In this document: one piece after another, positions 50,376-61,529 of the stretch
Layout of the letters: each line of letters opens with the position of its first letter
Numbering within the stretch: the stretch's first letter is position 1
From: an uncultured Acidobacteriota bacterium
GTDB lineage: Bacteria > Acidobacteriota > Vicinamibacteria > Vicinamibacterales > UBA2999
Direction: 5' to 3'
Assembly (NCBI GenBank): GCA_963741135.1
Contig: CAVUHC010000001.1
Location: 3,322-67,321 of the forward strand
Length of the DNA: 64,000 nt
The notes under the pieces: generated by a model
The model's input: the letters and a program-made list of their open reading frames with translations, nothing else
Told to the model about the DNA's origin: nothing
Databases searched by the model: none
Made by a program: the position numbers and the translations under genes

Positions 50376-50471
50376 CGGGATCAGGCTCGGGATTCGGGAT
50401 CGATCGCGGACTCGGGAGTCGCGACCTCGGAGTCCGACTCGCGAATCCCCGATCTCGAATCCCGAATCCCG
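50376..50471. repeat. Inverted heptamer (CGGGATT / AATCCCG) repeat tract
   Basis: CGGGATTCGGGAT at 50388 pairs with ATCCCGAATCCCG at 50459. Confidence 0.7.
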
Positions 50472-50472
50472 G

Positions 50473-51561
50473 TTGAGCGTCACCGTCGTGACCGAGTACG
50501 ACGCCTTCGTCGCGCTCGAGGCGGATTGGAATGACGCCGTCGAGCGCGCGCACATTCCGCATCCGTTCCTGCGGCACGAATGGGTCCGCACGTGGTGGGA
50601 CAGTTTTGGGACGAACCATCACCTGCACATTCTTGTCGTCCGGGACAACGGGCGGATTGTCGCCATCGCGCCACTGATGCGTGAGTCGGCGACGGTCTAT
50701 GGCGTTCCCGTTCGCCGCCTCGCCCTCCTTGCCAACGACCACACGCCGCGCACGGACTTCATCGTCGTGGAACGGGCCGAAGACGCGTATCGCGCGATCT
50801 GGAACTCACTGCGTGAAGACGCCCACCGGTGGGACGTCGTGCAGCTCACGCAGCTTCCGCGGGCGTCGAAGACCCTCGACGTCATGTCGAAGCTGGCGGC
50901 CGCGGAAGGGCTGGCGGTCGGAACGTGGCACAGCAGCGATTCGCCGTACCTCGAGCTCGTCGGCACGTGGGATCGGTACTGGGCAAGCCTGCCGGCGAAA
51001 TTCCGCTCGAACATCAGGAACCGCATGTCGCGCCTCGCGCGAATGGGCGACGTGGCCCTCGACATTCTTCGCGACAGAACGGCGATTGAGGCCGCATGCG
51101 ACGACGCCTGGCGGCTGGAGGCATCCGGGTGGAAGCAGAAAGAGGGCACGTCGATCTGCTCCGATACCGCAGTGCATCGCTTTTACACGCTGCTCGCCGA
51201 ACGGGCTGCGGAACGCGAATGGCTTCGACTGCTCTTCCTGACAGTTGGAGGGCGCCGCATCGCGGTTTCCTACGGCGCGTGCTACGACGGGCGACTGTTT
51301 CTGTTCAAAACCGGGTACGACCCGGAGTACCACACCTGCTCGCCGTTCAAGCTTCTGACCTATTTCGCCACCCAGGATGCCTTCGCCAACGGCTTGCGTG
51401 AAGTCGACTTCCTCGGTGAGTCGGAGCCCTGGAAGCAGGAATGGACGCCGTCGACGCGAGGGCACGACTGGTTGTTCATTTTCTCGAACACCAGACGAGC
51501 CCGGCTTTTGCATTCGATCAAGTTTCAGATGGCGCCGGAGCTGAAGAAATGGCGAACGTAA
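50473..51561 (+). CDS. GNAT acetyltransferase (Acetyltransf_6 / CelD-BcsL-like)
   Basis: PFLRHEW..WW, WDRYWASL..KFRSNIR, KTGYDP and DFLGESEPWK. Confidence 0.85.
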   Translation: MSVTVVTEYDAFVALEADWNDAVERAHIPHPFLRHEWVRTWWDSFGTNHHLHILVVRDNGRIVAIAPLMRESATVYGVPVRRLALLANDHTPRTDFIVVERAEDAYRAIWNSLREDAHRWDVVQLTQLPRASKTLDVMSKLAAAEGLAVGTWHSSDSPYLELVGTWDRYWASLPAKFRSNIRNRMSRLARMGDVALDILRDRTAIEAACDDAWRLEASGWKQKEGTSICSDTAVHRFYTLLAERAAEREWLRLLFLTVGGRRIAVSYGACYDGRLFLFKTGYDPEYHTCSPFKLLTYFATQDAFANGLREVDFLGESEPWKQEWTPSTRGHDWLFIFSNTRRARLLHSIKFQMAPELKKWRT

Positions 51562-52716
51562 TCGGAACCTTCGTGCCGACGTATCAGGGGCTGTCCGCCA
51601 GCCACTTCGTGCGGCCCGTCGTGTCTGGCGCAACGCCGTTTCCATTCAACGTCGCCCACCGGCTGCCCTACTATCGCGCGCGCAACGCGATCTACCACCT
51701 CTTTCGCGCGCTCCTCGAGGCCAATCCCTCGCTCACCGTCCTCGCGCCGGATTACTACAGCGGGAACGAGATCATGGCGATCCGCGCCGCAGGCGCGAAG
51801 GTTCACTACTGCCCCGTTGGCGCCGACATGCAGTGGGATCCAGCCGACGTGGAGCGCCTGTGCCGCCTCCACAACCCGGATCTTCTCTACGTCATTCACT
51901 ACGTTGGATGGCCGCAGCCGATGGCCGCGCTGACCGATCTGTGCCGGCGTCGCGAAATGCTGCTCGTCGAAGACTGCGCCCTCTCGCTCCTCAGCGAAAC
52001 CGCCGACGGCCGCGCACTCGGATCGTTCGGACAGTGGTCGGTCTTCTGTCTGTACAAGACGCTTCCGCTTCCCAACGGTGCGCTCCTCGTGCAGAACGAG
52101 CAGCGGCTGGAATCGCTGGAGCGGCTGAAGCTGCGGCGCGCGGGTTCGGCGTCGGTCCTCGGACGTACTGCCGAACTCGTGGTGCAGCGGATTCGCGGCC
52201 GCGTCAACGGCGTCGGTGCCGCGCTCCAGGTGGTCAAGCGTGGAATGGGTCGCGCCGCGGGTGCCTTTGACGTGCAGCGCGCGAACGTCGGTGACATCGG
52301 CTTCAACCTGGACGAAGTCGACCTCGCGATGTCGCCCATGTCCGAGCGGCTGCTCGAACGACTGGACTTCGAAGATATCCGCCGGCGCCGCGTCGAGAAC
52401 TATCGGCAGCTCCTCAGGCAGCTCCGATCCCGACGTCATTCCGGTCTTCCCCGAGTTGCCTACCGGCATCTGCCCGCTGTTTTTCCCGATCATCGTGCCG
52501 AACAAGGCTGCGGCGGCCACGGCCCTGCGGGACGGCGGTGTCGATGCGCTGGAATTCTGGAACGACGCGATCGGCTCCGGCGACGAGATGTCGCCGAATG
52601 CACGATTCTTCCGGCAGCACGTCCTCGAGCTGCCCATTCACCAGGATCTGTCACCGCGCCACATCGCCCATGTCGCGCGGCAGGTGTCGAGTCTGAACCT
52701 GAGGATGGTGGCGTGA
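51549..52716 (+). CDS. DegT/DnrJ-like PLP-dependent aminotransferase, frameshift near 52425
   Basis: VIHYVG, LVEDCA, FCLYKTLPLPNGA and LELPIHQDL. Confidence 0.8.
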
Positions 52717-53885
52717 TGTTTCCTGCGGCAGAAGCGGTGAAGCTCCGGCCATCGATCGCCGGCGCGCTCACGGTCGAATGCATCGACTCGTCCTGGGGAT
52801 TCACCGCTCTGCGCCCCGAGTGGAATGCCTTGCTGCGCGACAGCGCATCTGATTGCCCCTTCCTCACGTGGGAATGGCTCCATACCTGGTGGACGCACCT
52901 CTCCGGATCCTCCCGGTTACGCATCGCCGCCGTTCGCGCGGGTAGCGAGCTTGTCGCGCTCGCACCGTTCTATATCACCAAGAGCCGGGTGGCACTCCTG
53001 TCACGGCTGGACATGCTGGGCACCGGCGAAGCCGGCTCCGACTATCTCGACGTGATCGTGCGCCGTGGATGGGAGACGGAAGGCATCCGCGCGCTCGCCC
53101 GCTTTGCCCGATCCCAGAACGTGACGCTTCGTCTTCCCCATCTGGCGCCGACGGCTATGGCGTGCGATCTCGGAGACCGGCTCGCGGCCGATGGCTGGAC
53201 CGCATCAACCGCGCCGGACGGCGTGTGTCCCTGTATCCCCCTGGCCGGTCACACGTGGGATTCGTATCTCGGAACGCTCGGGTCCTCGCATCGCGCCAAC
53301 GTCCGCCGCAGGATCAAGGCCCTCGGCCAGAAGTTCACGATGCGCTGTGAGCGCGTCACGACGGAAGCGCAGCGCAGCGAGGCGCTCGCCGCGCTCGTCA
53401 CGTTTCACGAACGCCGGTACGTCGGCCGAGGCGGATCGACGGCCTTCATGACGCCCGCGCTCCGCGCGTTTCACGACGAGATCACCAGACGCGCGCTCGG
53501 TCGCGGCTGGCTGCGGCTGTTCGTGCTGCGCGTCGACGACGCGCTGGTGGCCGTGATGTACGGCTTCATGTACAACGGCCGGTTCTATTTCTATCAACAC
53601 GGCTTCGACGATCAGTACCAACAGCACAGCATCGGCCTCGTCGTGATGGGACTCTCGATTCGGGCCGCCATCGACGAAGGCGCGGACGAGTTCGACATGC
53701 TCTGGGGCGTCGAGCCCTACAAGTGGCTGTGGGCGCGCGAGACGCGCGAGCTTCGCAAGATCCATCTGTTTCCCCCGCATGCCGGGGGCCGCATTCACCT
53801 CGGCGTTTCCCGCGCGCGCCGGAGCCTCGGGACACTGGCGCGGCGCATGCGCACCCTCACCCGGCGAGAGAGTCATGCCGCGTAA
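52716..53885 (+). CDS. Second GNAT (Acetyltransf_6) protein
   Basis: TGATG coupling; PFLTWEWL..WW, SDYLD, YQHGFD and FDMLWG.EPYK. Confidence 0.85.
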   Translation: MFPAAEAVKLRPSIAGALTVECIDSSWGFTALRPEWNALLRDSASDCPFLTWEWLHTWWTHLSGSSRLRIAAVRAGSELVALAPFYITKSRVALLSRLDMLGTGEAGSDYLDVIVRRGWETEGIRALARFARSQNVTLRLPHLAPTAMACDLGDRLAADGWTASTAPDGVCPCIPLAGHTWDSYLGTLGSSHRANVRRRIKALGQKFTMRCERVTTEAQRSEALAALVTFHERRYVGRGGSTAFMTPALRAFHDEITRRALGRGWLRLFVLRVDDALVAVMYGFMYNGRFYFYQHGFDDQYQQHSIGLVVMGLSIRAAIDEGADEFDMLWGVEPYKWLWARETRELRKIHLFPPHAGGRIHLGVSRARRSLGTLARRMRTLTRRESHAA

Positions 53886-54973
53886 GGGCGTTCGGCGGCT
53901 GCGCGGCAATCTGAAGACGGCGATTGCTGCCGCGATCACCAAGGCGCACGACCATGGCCTGGCGGGACCGCTCGCGCGCCGCACCTACCGGCCGCTCGTC
54001 CTCGGATATCACCGCGTGGTCGAAGACTTCCAATCGGAGTCGCGCGTCGAGATGCCGAGCATGCTCACCAGCCGCGCGATGTTCGAGCGTCACCTCGATT
54101 GCCTCGCGACGTCGTTCCGGTTCGTCACGCTCGACGAGATCGGCACTCACCTCCAGAGCGGCATCCCGTTCGAGAAGCCGGTGGCCGCAATCACGTTCGA
54201 CGACGGATATCAGGACGTCTACGACAACGCGCTGCCCGTCCTCGAACGCAAAGGCATTCCGGCCGCGATGTTTGTCGTGACGGATCTTGTCGGCCGTCCG
54301 TTCTGGCAGATCCACGACAAGCTGTATCACCTCGTCGCCAAGGCGTTCGCGTCCTGGAACAACCCGCGCCGCGAGATGTTCGGGCTGCTCAGCGATCTCG
54401 GCTTGCCCGCCCACGATTTGACGCGTCGCTCGGCGCTCGCCAGCCCGATGCTGGCGGTGTCGACGCTGCTGCCCTCTCTGCCGCAAGCCGACATCCGCCG
54501 CGTCATGGCTGGACTCGAGTCGAGCGTCGGGAATGGATTTCACAACACGCCGCTCGCCATTACGTGGGAAATGGCTGCCGATATGCGGCGGCGCGGGTTC
54601 ATCATCGGCTCCCACACGCGCACCCACGTGTCGTTGCCGATTGAGAGCCCCGAGACCGTGGCCGAGGAGCTCGAAGGTTCCAAGCGGGAGCTCGAACGGC
54701 GGCTTGGCGAGACGATCCGAGCATTTCGCGTATCCCGGCGGACAGTTCACCAGCGACATCGTGGGCGCGGTGGCGCGCGCTGAGTACCGGTACGCGTACA
54801 CGGCTTGCCCGCACGACGTGGCGCGCCATCCGACCCTGACGATCGAGCGACTGCTGCTCTGGGAGGGCTCCTCCGTGACCGCGGACGGCGAGTTTACGCC
54901 AGACATCCTGAGCTGCCTGGCGCACGATCTGTGGCCGCCAGCCCGCCGGTGCGAGAGGGTGCATCAACTGTGA
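53875..54973 (+). CDS. Polysaccharide deacetylase (NodB-like), frameshift near 54718
   Basis: LGYHRV, ITFDDGY, IGSHTRTH and FAYPGG. Confidence 0.85.
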
Positions 54974-54978
54974 GCGCA

Positions 54979-56445
54979 ATGGCCAGGACCGACGTGATGC
55001 GCCCGGCGGCTCTCCTCGTGACAGGTCGCGTCATTGGGCTGGTTGCGTCGTTTGCGGTCGGGATCGTGCTCGCGCGCCTCTTCGCGCCTGCCGCGTTCGG
55101 CACCTATAAACAGTTCTTCCTCGTGTACGGAACGCTATACGGGCTGGCGCAGCTCGGAATGGCTGAAAGCCTCTATTACTTCGTCCCGCGCAACCCAGGC
55201 CGCACAGGCAGATATGCCTTCAACGCGCTCGTCACGCTGGCACTCGCCGGCGTGGGGTCTCTGGCGCTGCTCTACGCATGGCGAACGCAGATCGCCGTCC
55301 GGCTGACCAACGCGGGACTCGCCGATTACATGGTGCTCATCGGCCTGTTCCTCACCTTCATGCTGATGTCGACCGTGCTCGAGATCGTGATGGTGTCGCG
55401 CAAGCAGCACCTCATGGCCGCGATCACGTACGCATGCTCCGACATTGTCCGGACGCTGTTTTTCATTGCGCCAGCGCTACTGCTGGGCAGCCTTCGCGCT
55501 GTCTTCATCGGTGCAACGGCATTTGCGGCGCTGCGGCTGGTGCTGCTCCTGGCCGCTCTCTGGCGTGAGTACGGTCGCGACTTCCGCGCTGATGTGACGC
55601 TCTGGCGGGAGCAGCTGGCCTATGCGCTTCCCTTCGCGCTGGCGGTGGGCATCGAGGTGGTGCAACTCAACTACCACCAGTACGTCGTCGCCTCGCGGTT
55701 CGATACCGCGACGTTTGCAATCTATGCCGTCGGCTGCCTGCAGATCCCGCTCGTTGACATGATCATGACCTCCACGGTCAACGTCCTGATGGTGAAGATG
55801 GCGGAGGAAGCCAGCCACGGCGGTGCGGCGGTGGCGTTGTGGCACGAGACGATCGGCCGGCTCGCGTTCCTGATGGTTCCGTTGTCCGTGTTTCTATTCG
55901 TCGTTGCACACGAGCTCATCGTGACGCTCTACACCACCACCTATCTCGCCAGCGTGCCGATTTTCATGATCTGGTCGCTGACGATTCTTCCGTCGATCTT
56001 CGCGGTGAACGCGGTGCTGAGGGTCTTTGCGCAGACGCGTTTCCTGCTGGTCATGAACCTGATACGCCTGGCGATGGTGGCCGCCCTGATCGGCTGGTTC
56101 CTCGCGAGCTTCGGCATGAGTGGCGCCGTGCTCGTCACGCTCCTGAGCACCGCTCTCGTGAACATGCTCGGCGTCGCACGCATCGCACGGCTCCTGCATC
56201 TAACGTTCAGCAAGTCGCTGCCGTGGTCGCAATTGGGCGGCATCGCCGCACGCGCCGGTATCGCCGCCCTTCCCGTCCTCTGGCTCACGCGCGAGACAAC
56301 GCTTTCCCCCGTTGTGGGGCTCGCGACCGGCGGGGTGGTATACGCCGCGATTTATTTTGGTCTCAGCTACGGTTCGAACATCACCGCGCGTTTCATGCCC
56401 TCAACGCCGGGAGAGGCGGTCGCGCTGCAGGCGGATCAGATGTAG
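54979..56445 (+). CDS. wzx: Wzx oligosaccharide flippase
   Basis: Polytopic membrane protein; LARLFAPAAFGTYKQ and FAIYAVG. Confidence 0.8.
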   Translation: MARTDVMRPAALLVTGRVIGLVASFAVGIVLARLFAPAAFGTYKQFFLVYGTLYGLAQLGMAESLYYFVPRNPGRTGRYAFNALVTLALAGVGSLALLYAWRTQIAVRLTNAGLADYMVLIGLFLTFMLMSTVLEIVMVSRKQHLMAAITYACSDIVRTLFFIAPALLLGSLRAVFIGATAFAALRLVLLLAALWREYGRDFRADVTLWREQLAYALPFALAVGIEVVQLNYHQYVVASRFDTATFAIYAVGCLQIPLVDMIMTSTVNVLMVKMAEEASHGGAAVALWHETIGRLAFLMVPLSVFLFVVAHELIVTLYTTTYLASVPIFMIWSLTILPSIFAVNAVLRVFAQTRFLLVMNLIRLAMVAALIGWFLASFGMSGAVLVTLLSTALVNMLGVARIARLLHLTFSKSLPWSQLGGIAARAGIAALPVLWLTRETTLSPVVGLATGGVVYAAIYFGLSYGSNITARFMPSTPGEAVALQADQM

Positions 56446-56454
56446 CGCGTCCAC

Positions 56455-56551
56455 GTCCGCCTAAAGGCGGACACTACCGACCATTCATCGGTAGCGTCCG
56501 GCTGCTCCGGTCCGGACCGTGATCATCGGTAGCGTCCGGCTTCAGCCGGAC
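56455..56551. repeat. Cluster of three GTAG-type REP palindromes
   Basis: GTCCGCCTAAAGGCGGACACTAC (56455), GTAGCGTCCGG..CCGGAC (56491) and GTAGCGTCCGGCTTCAGCCGGAC (56529). Confidence 0.75.
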
Positions 56552-56572
56552 ATCTGGTAAGGAGAGACTCCC

Positions 56573-58520
56573 GTGTGCGGCATTGCAGGCATCATTCGCT
56601 GGGACGGACGGCAGGTTCGCGAGGACGAGATCCGCGCCATGTGCGGCGTCATTGCGCATCGCGGCCCCGACGATGAGGGCGTGTACATCGGCGATGGCGT
56701 CGCCATCGGCATGCGCCGCCTGAGCATCATCGACCTCGACAACGGGTTCCAGCCGATCTCCAACGAGGACGGCACGGTTTGGATCGTGTTCAACGGCGAG
56801 ATCTACAACTATCGCGAGCTGCGACGGGATCTCGAGAAACATGGCCATGTTTTCCGCACCGCCAGCGACACGGAAACCATCGTTCACCTGTACGAGGATC
56901 TCGGTCCGCGATGTGTGGATCGGCTTCGTGGGATGTTTGCCTTCGCCATCTGGGATACGCGCAAGCGCCAGGTCCTGCTCGCACGTGATCGCCTGGGCAT
57001 CAAGCCGCTGTACTACTCCGAACGCGACGGCGAGTTGCTTTTCTCGTCGGAGCTGAAGCCGATCCTCCAGATTCAGAACGTCGAGCGTACGCTCGACTGG
57101 GAATCGGTCGGCCATCTGTTCACAACGCTGGCGACACCTTCAACGCGCAGCATCGTGAAAGGCGTCTCCAAGCTGGAGCCGGCGCGGGTCGCCGTGGCAG
57201 GCCAGGGCCGCAGCATTCGCGTGGAGCGGTACTGGGACGTCGATTTCGAGCCCAACGAGCATGCGACGGAAGACGAGCTCGTCGAGCAGCTTCGCGAGCG
57301 CCTCGCGGAGTCGGTCACGCTCCACCAGGTCAGCGACGTACCGGTCGGCGCGTTTCTCAGCGGCGGACTCGATTCAAGCGCCATCGTCGCGATGATGTCG
57401 CGTCCCGACGATCGGCAGCTGAAGACATTCTCGATTGGTTTTGCTGAAGCCAGCCATGACGAGCTGCCGTACGCGCGCCAGGTGGCGGCGAAGTTCGGCA
57501 CCGACCACTACGATCTCGTCCTTCGTCCCGATGTCGTCCAGATCGTCGAGGATCTCACGTGGTATCTCGACGAGCCGTTCGGCGACACGTCGGCGATTCC
57601 CGACCTACATGGTGTCGAAGCTGGCGGCCGAGCACGTGAAAGTCGTGCTGAGCGGCGACGGCGGCGACGAGCTGTTTGCCGGTTACGACAAGTACGTCGT
57701 CGAGGGGCGCGAGCGGATGTACGACCGCGTGCCGCGCGGCGATCCGCGAAGACGGCCGGCGCGATCGGCGCCATGATGCCGCACGGTATGACGCGGTCGG
57801 CGCTTTCTGCGGCATCTCGCGCTCGACGGGCCGGAAGCGCTATCTCGACGCCTCGACCATGTTCCACGCCGACGAGATGACGAGCCTGTTCCAGCCGGAG
57901 GCTCGCGCGCAGATTGCCGCGCACGACCCCTGGTCCGACGCGCTCTCGGACTGGCGCGAGCCGGGTGGCGACTGGCTTGCCGCCGCGCAGTACAACGACA
58001 TCAACCGCTACCTGCCGCTCGACATCCTGACGAAGGTCGATCGGATGACGATGGCGCATTCGATCGAAGCCCGGCCGCCGCTGCTCGATCACAAGCTGGT
58101 GGAGTTTGCGGCCACCGTCCCCGCCCGGTTCCGGCTGCAAGGACGGGACAACGAAGTACATCTTCAAGAAGGCGATGCGCGGGATCCTTCCTGACTCGAT
58201 CATCGACCGTCAGAAGCACGGGTTTGCGGTCCCGCTGGCTCGGTGGTTCCGAGGCGAGCTGGCCGGATTCTCACGCGACATCCTGTTGTCCGGCACCTGT
58301 CGCAACCGTGGGATCTTCGACATGAAAACGGTTGAGCGCCTGTTCGAGCTGAATGCGCGGGGGCGCGAGCTCGATCTTCAACTCTGGACCATGCTCTCGT
58401 TCGAGTTGTGGTGTCGCAGGTTCCTTGATGGATCGACGTCACCGACGTGGCGCCCCAGCGCGTACCCGGCAAACGATGCGTCGCCTGTCGCCCGCCATCT
58501 TCGCAACGGCGGCACGCTAG
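56573..58520 (+). CDS. asnB: Asparagine synthase-like glutamine amidotransferase, several frameshifts, end approximate
   Basis: MCGIAG, HRGPDD, FNGEIYNY, LSGGLDSS, LSGDGGDELFAGY and KVDRMTMAHSIEAR.P.LDH. Confidence 0.9.
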
Positions 58521-58670
58521 TCTACGGTCCAGTCGGTAAGTTTTTTCCCTTTCCTCCCACGGCGCTGCCGCGAGCAATCCAAATGTGGGCGCGCGTCACC
58601 CACTCGTGCCCGTATCTCTCTCTAATACGGCAATTTGCAGCGGCACTGATATTGATCACCCATCACCCGT

Positions 58671-60005
58671 ATGCGAATCCTCTGGGTGAAGATGGGTGGC
58701 CTTTGGCCGGCAACGACAGGCGGCCGTGTACGCAGCTCTCAACACGATTTCCGAGCTTGCCCGCCGCCACCAGGTCACGGTGATCACCACGCATGGTCAT
58801 GGGCGACGACCCTGACGGGCTAGACCAGCAACTCGCGCACTGCGAACGCGTGATCTCGGTGCCCTACGCGGTGCCCAAGCGCGGCAGCACGGCGTTCTCC
58901 GCGGCCGTCGTCGGCTCGTGGTTCTCTCGACTATCCCGTCGATCTCTGGAAGTGGCGTGTCGCCGAAGTTCGTCGCCAGGTGCGGTCCGTGATCGCCGGC
59001 GGCGGTGTCGATCTGTGCGTCGCTGATTTCCTGTTCGCGGCTGCGAACGTGCCGATGGACGGCCCGGTCCCAGTCGTGCTCTTCGAACACAACGTCGAGT
59101 ACCTGATCTGGAAACGGCTCGCGACGCTCGAGACAAGTCCCTGGAAGCGGGTGCTGTTCGAGATGGAATGGCGGAAGGTCCGTGCCCGCGAGGCTGACGC
59201 CTGCCGGCAGGCCGACCTCACCGTGGCCGTGTCAGAGGATGACAAGGAGCGGCTGCTGGAGCTCGGAGCTGACATCCGCGCGACCGCCATCCCGACCGGC
59301 GTCGACACGGCTTACTTCAAGCCCGGCGGCTTCACCGAAATCCCCACGCGGCTCGTGTTCAGCGGCTCGATGGACTGGCATCCGAACGAGGACGCGGTCT
59401 GCTACTTCGTCGACAACGTATCCTGCCGCGCATCCGGCCGATGTGCCCGGCGTGTCATTCACCATCGTCGGCCGCAACCCGGGCGCCCGTGTTCGCGATC
59501 TGGCCAGCCGGCCCGGCGTCGACGTCACGGGCACGGTCGACGATGTACGGCCCGTCTATTGGCGCAGCGAGCGTGTACGTCGTGCCGCTGCGAGCCGGCA
59601 GCGGCACGCGGATCAAGATTTTCGAGGCGCTTGCCATGGGCAAAGCGGTGGTGTCGACCACCGTGGGCGCCGAAGGCCTCGCGCTCGAGTCGGGTCGCCA
59701 CTTCCTGGCGGCGGACACCCCACACGATTTCGCGCAGTCGGTCGATCAGGCTGCTTCGCGACCCGGCCCGGCGGCAGGCGCTTGGAGACGCGGGCCGCGC
59801 ACTCGTCGAAGCGAATTACTCCTGGGCGACGGTTGCGCGCCAGTTCGAAGAACGCTGTGAAGAGGTTGTTGCGGAGCATGCATATGCAGGACGACAAGCC
59901 GACCGTGGTGCTCATCTGTCACGAGCAGGATCGCCTCGACACCGAGGGGCTCGCGTCGTGGCTGGCGAGCACCATGAGATTGGCTGGTCTCATCATCATT
60001 CGTGA
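58671..60005 (+). CDS. GT4 glycosyltransferase, frameshifted, end approximate
   Basis: [22 protein letters not shown] and [21 protein letters not shown]. Confidence 0.8.
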
Positions 60006-60695
60006 CCCGCGGAACCGGCTCTGGCGCGCGGCCAGGCGCGAAGTCCGCCGCGTCGGCTGGCTGCGATTCGTTGATGTCGATCGCATTTCGCGCCTTTGCG
60101 CGGCTGCGCCTCGCCCGCCGCGATGCAGGCGTGGAAGGAATCCGAGCTCGCAGCGGCTGCGCCAGCGCTATCCCGCCGATCTCGAGTCGGTGCCGAGCAT
60201 CGTCGTGTCGTCGCCGAACTCGGACGAGTCGCGCGACATTCATCGAGCGCCTTCGGCCCGACATCGCGATCGCGCGCTGCAAGGTCATCCTGAAGCGCGC
60301 GATTTTCGAAGTGCCTCGCGCGGGTACGTTCGTGCTGCATCCGGGCATCTGTCCCGAGTACCGCAACGCGCACGGCTGCTTCTGGGCGCTCGCCAGGCGC
60401 GATCTTCGATCGCGTCGGCATGACGCTGCTGCGCGTCGATCCGGGCGTGGACACCGGGCCCGTCTTTCTGCACGGCACGCTACGACTTCGACGAGGTCGC
60501 GGAATCGCACTCGGTCATCCAGTACCGGACCGTGTTCGAGAACCTCGATGCCATTGGCGCACGTTCTCACGCGCTCTGCCGCGGCGAGCACGTCGAGCCG
60601 GTCAACCGCGACGGCCGCGAATCAGCGGTCTGGGGTCAGCCGCAGCTGACCGCGTACCTGCGATGGAAATGGAACGCACGCCGGAGTCGACATGA
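59878..60695 (+). CDS. Formyltransferase domain protein, frameshifted
   Basis: [19 protein letters not shown] and [15 protein letters not shown]. Confidence 0.75.
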
Positions 60696-61529
60696 AAATC
60701 GTGTCCCTGCTCTTTCATGACGTGTACGCGTCGGATCCGCAGCGAGAGCGGCTTCCGATCGCACGCCGCCGATCGCTACAAGCTGTCGATTCCGGCGTTC
60801 GAGGCGCAGCTCGACGGCCTGTCCGAGTAGGCGTCGACGCGCCCTCCTCGCGACCGCATTTCTCGCGTCGAGCTGCGGCGAGCCTCGAATCCCGAATCCC
60901 AAGTCCCGAATCCCGGCATTGATCACCTTCGACGACGGCGGCGAGTCGTACTACACCGCGGCCGCCGATCGGCTCGAAGCGCTCGGCTGGCGCGGCCACT
61001 GCTTCGTCACGACCGACTTCATCGGCCAGCGTGGATTTCCTGACCGCGCGCGCAGATTCGCGAGCTCGATGCGCGCGGACACGTGATTGGAAGCCATTCG
61101 GCCTCACATCCGGCTCGATTCAGCGCGCTGAGCCCCGCCGAGATGCGCCGCGAGTGGTCCGACAGCCGGGTCGTGCTCGAGGACCTGCTCGGCCGTGCCG
61201 TGACCGTCGCCTCGGTGCCGGGCGGCTATTTCTCGCCGGCCGTCGCGAACGCCGCCGCCGCCGCCGGACTGCGCGTGCTCTTCACATCCGAGCCGACGAC
61301 AAGGGTGTCGTCCGACGAGGATTGCACCCTCATCGGCCGCTTCACGATTCGCCGCGGGCACGCCCCTGACATGGCGAAGCGATTCGCGCTCACCGCGCCA
61401 TGGGCGCGCTGCTGCGCGTGGGCGGGCTGGAACGCGAAAGCGATCGTCAAGCCACTGCTCGGACCGTCGTACGCGCGTATCGCGGATTGGCTCCTCGCGC
61501 CACGAAGGCATCGCACCAACCATGGTTAG
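60692..61529 (+). CDS. Second polysaccharide deacetylase, frameshifted
   Basis: LFHDV, ITFDDGG, IGSHSASHP and ASVPGG. Confidence 0.8.

Noticed and set aside
51441-53885. 814-aa aminotransferase-GNAT fusion ORF
   Set aside because: The aminotransferase C-terminus is in another frame ending at 52716, where TGATG starts the GNAT
58641-58656. Internal sigma-54 promoter CGGCACTGATATTGAT before the GT4 at 58671
   Set aside because: The -12 element is GA rather than GC and it leaves almost no leader; possible but not supportable
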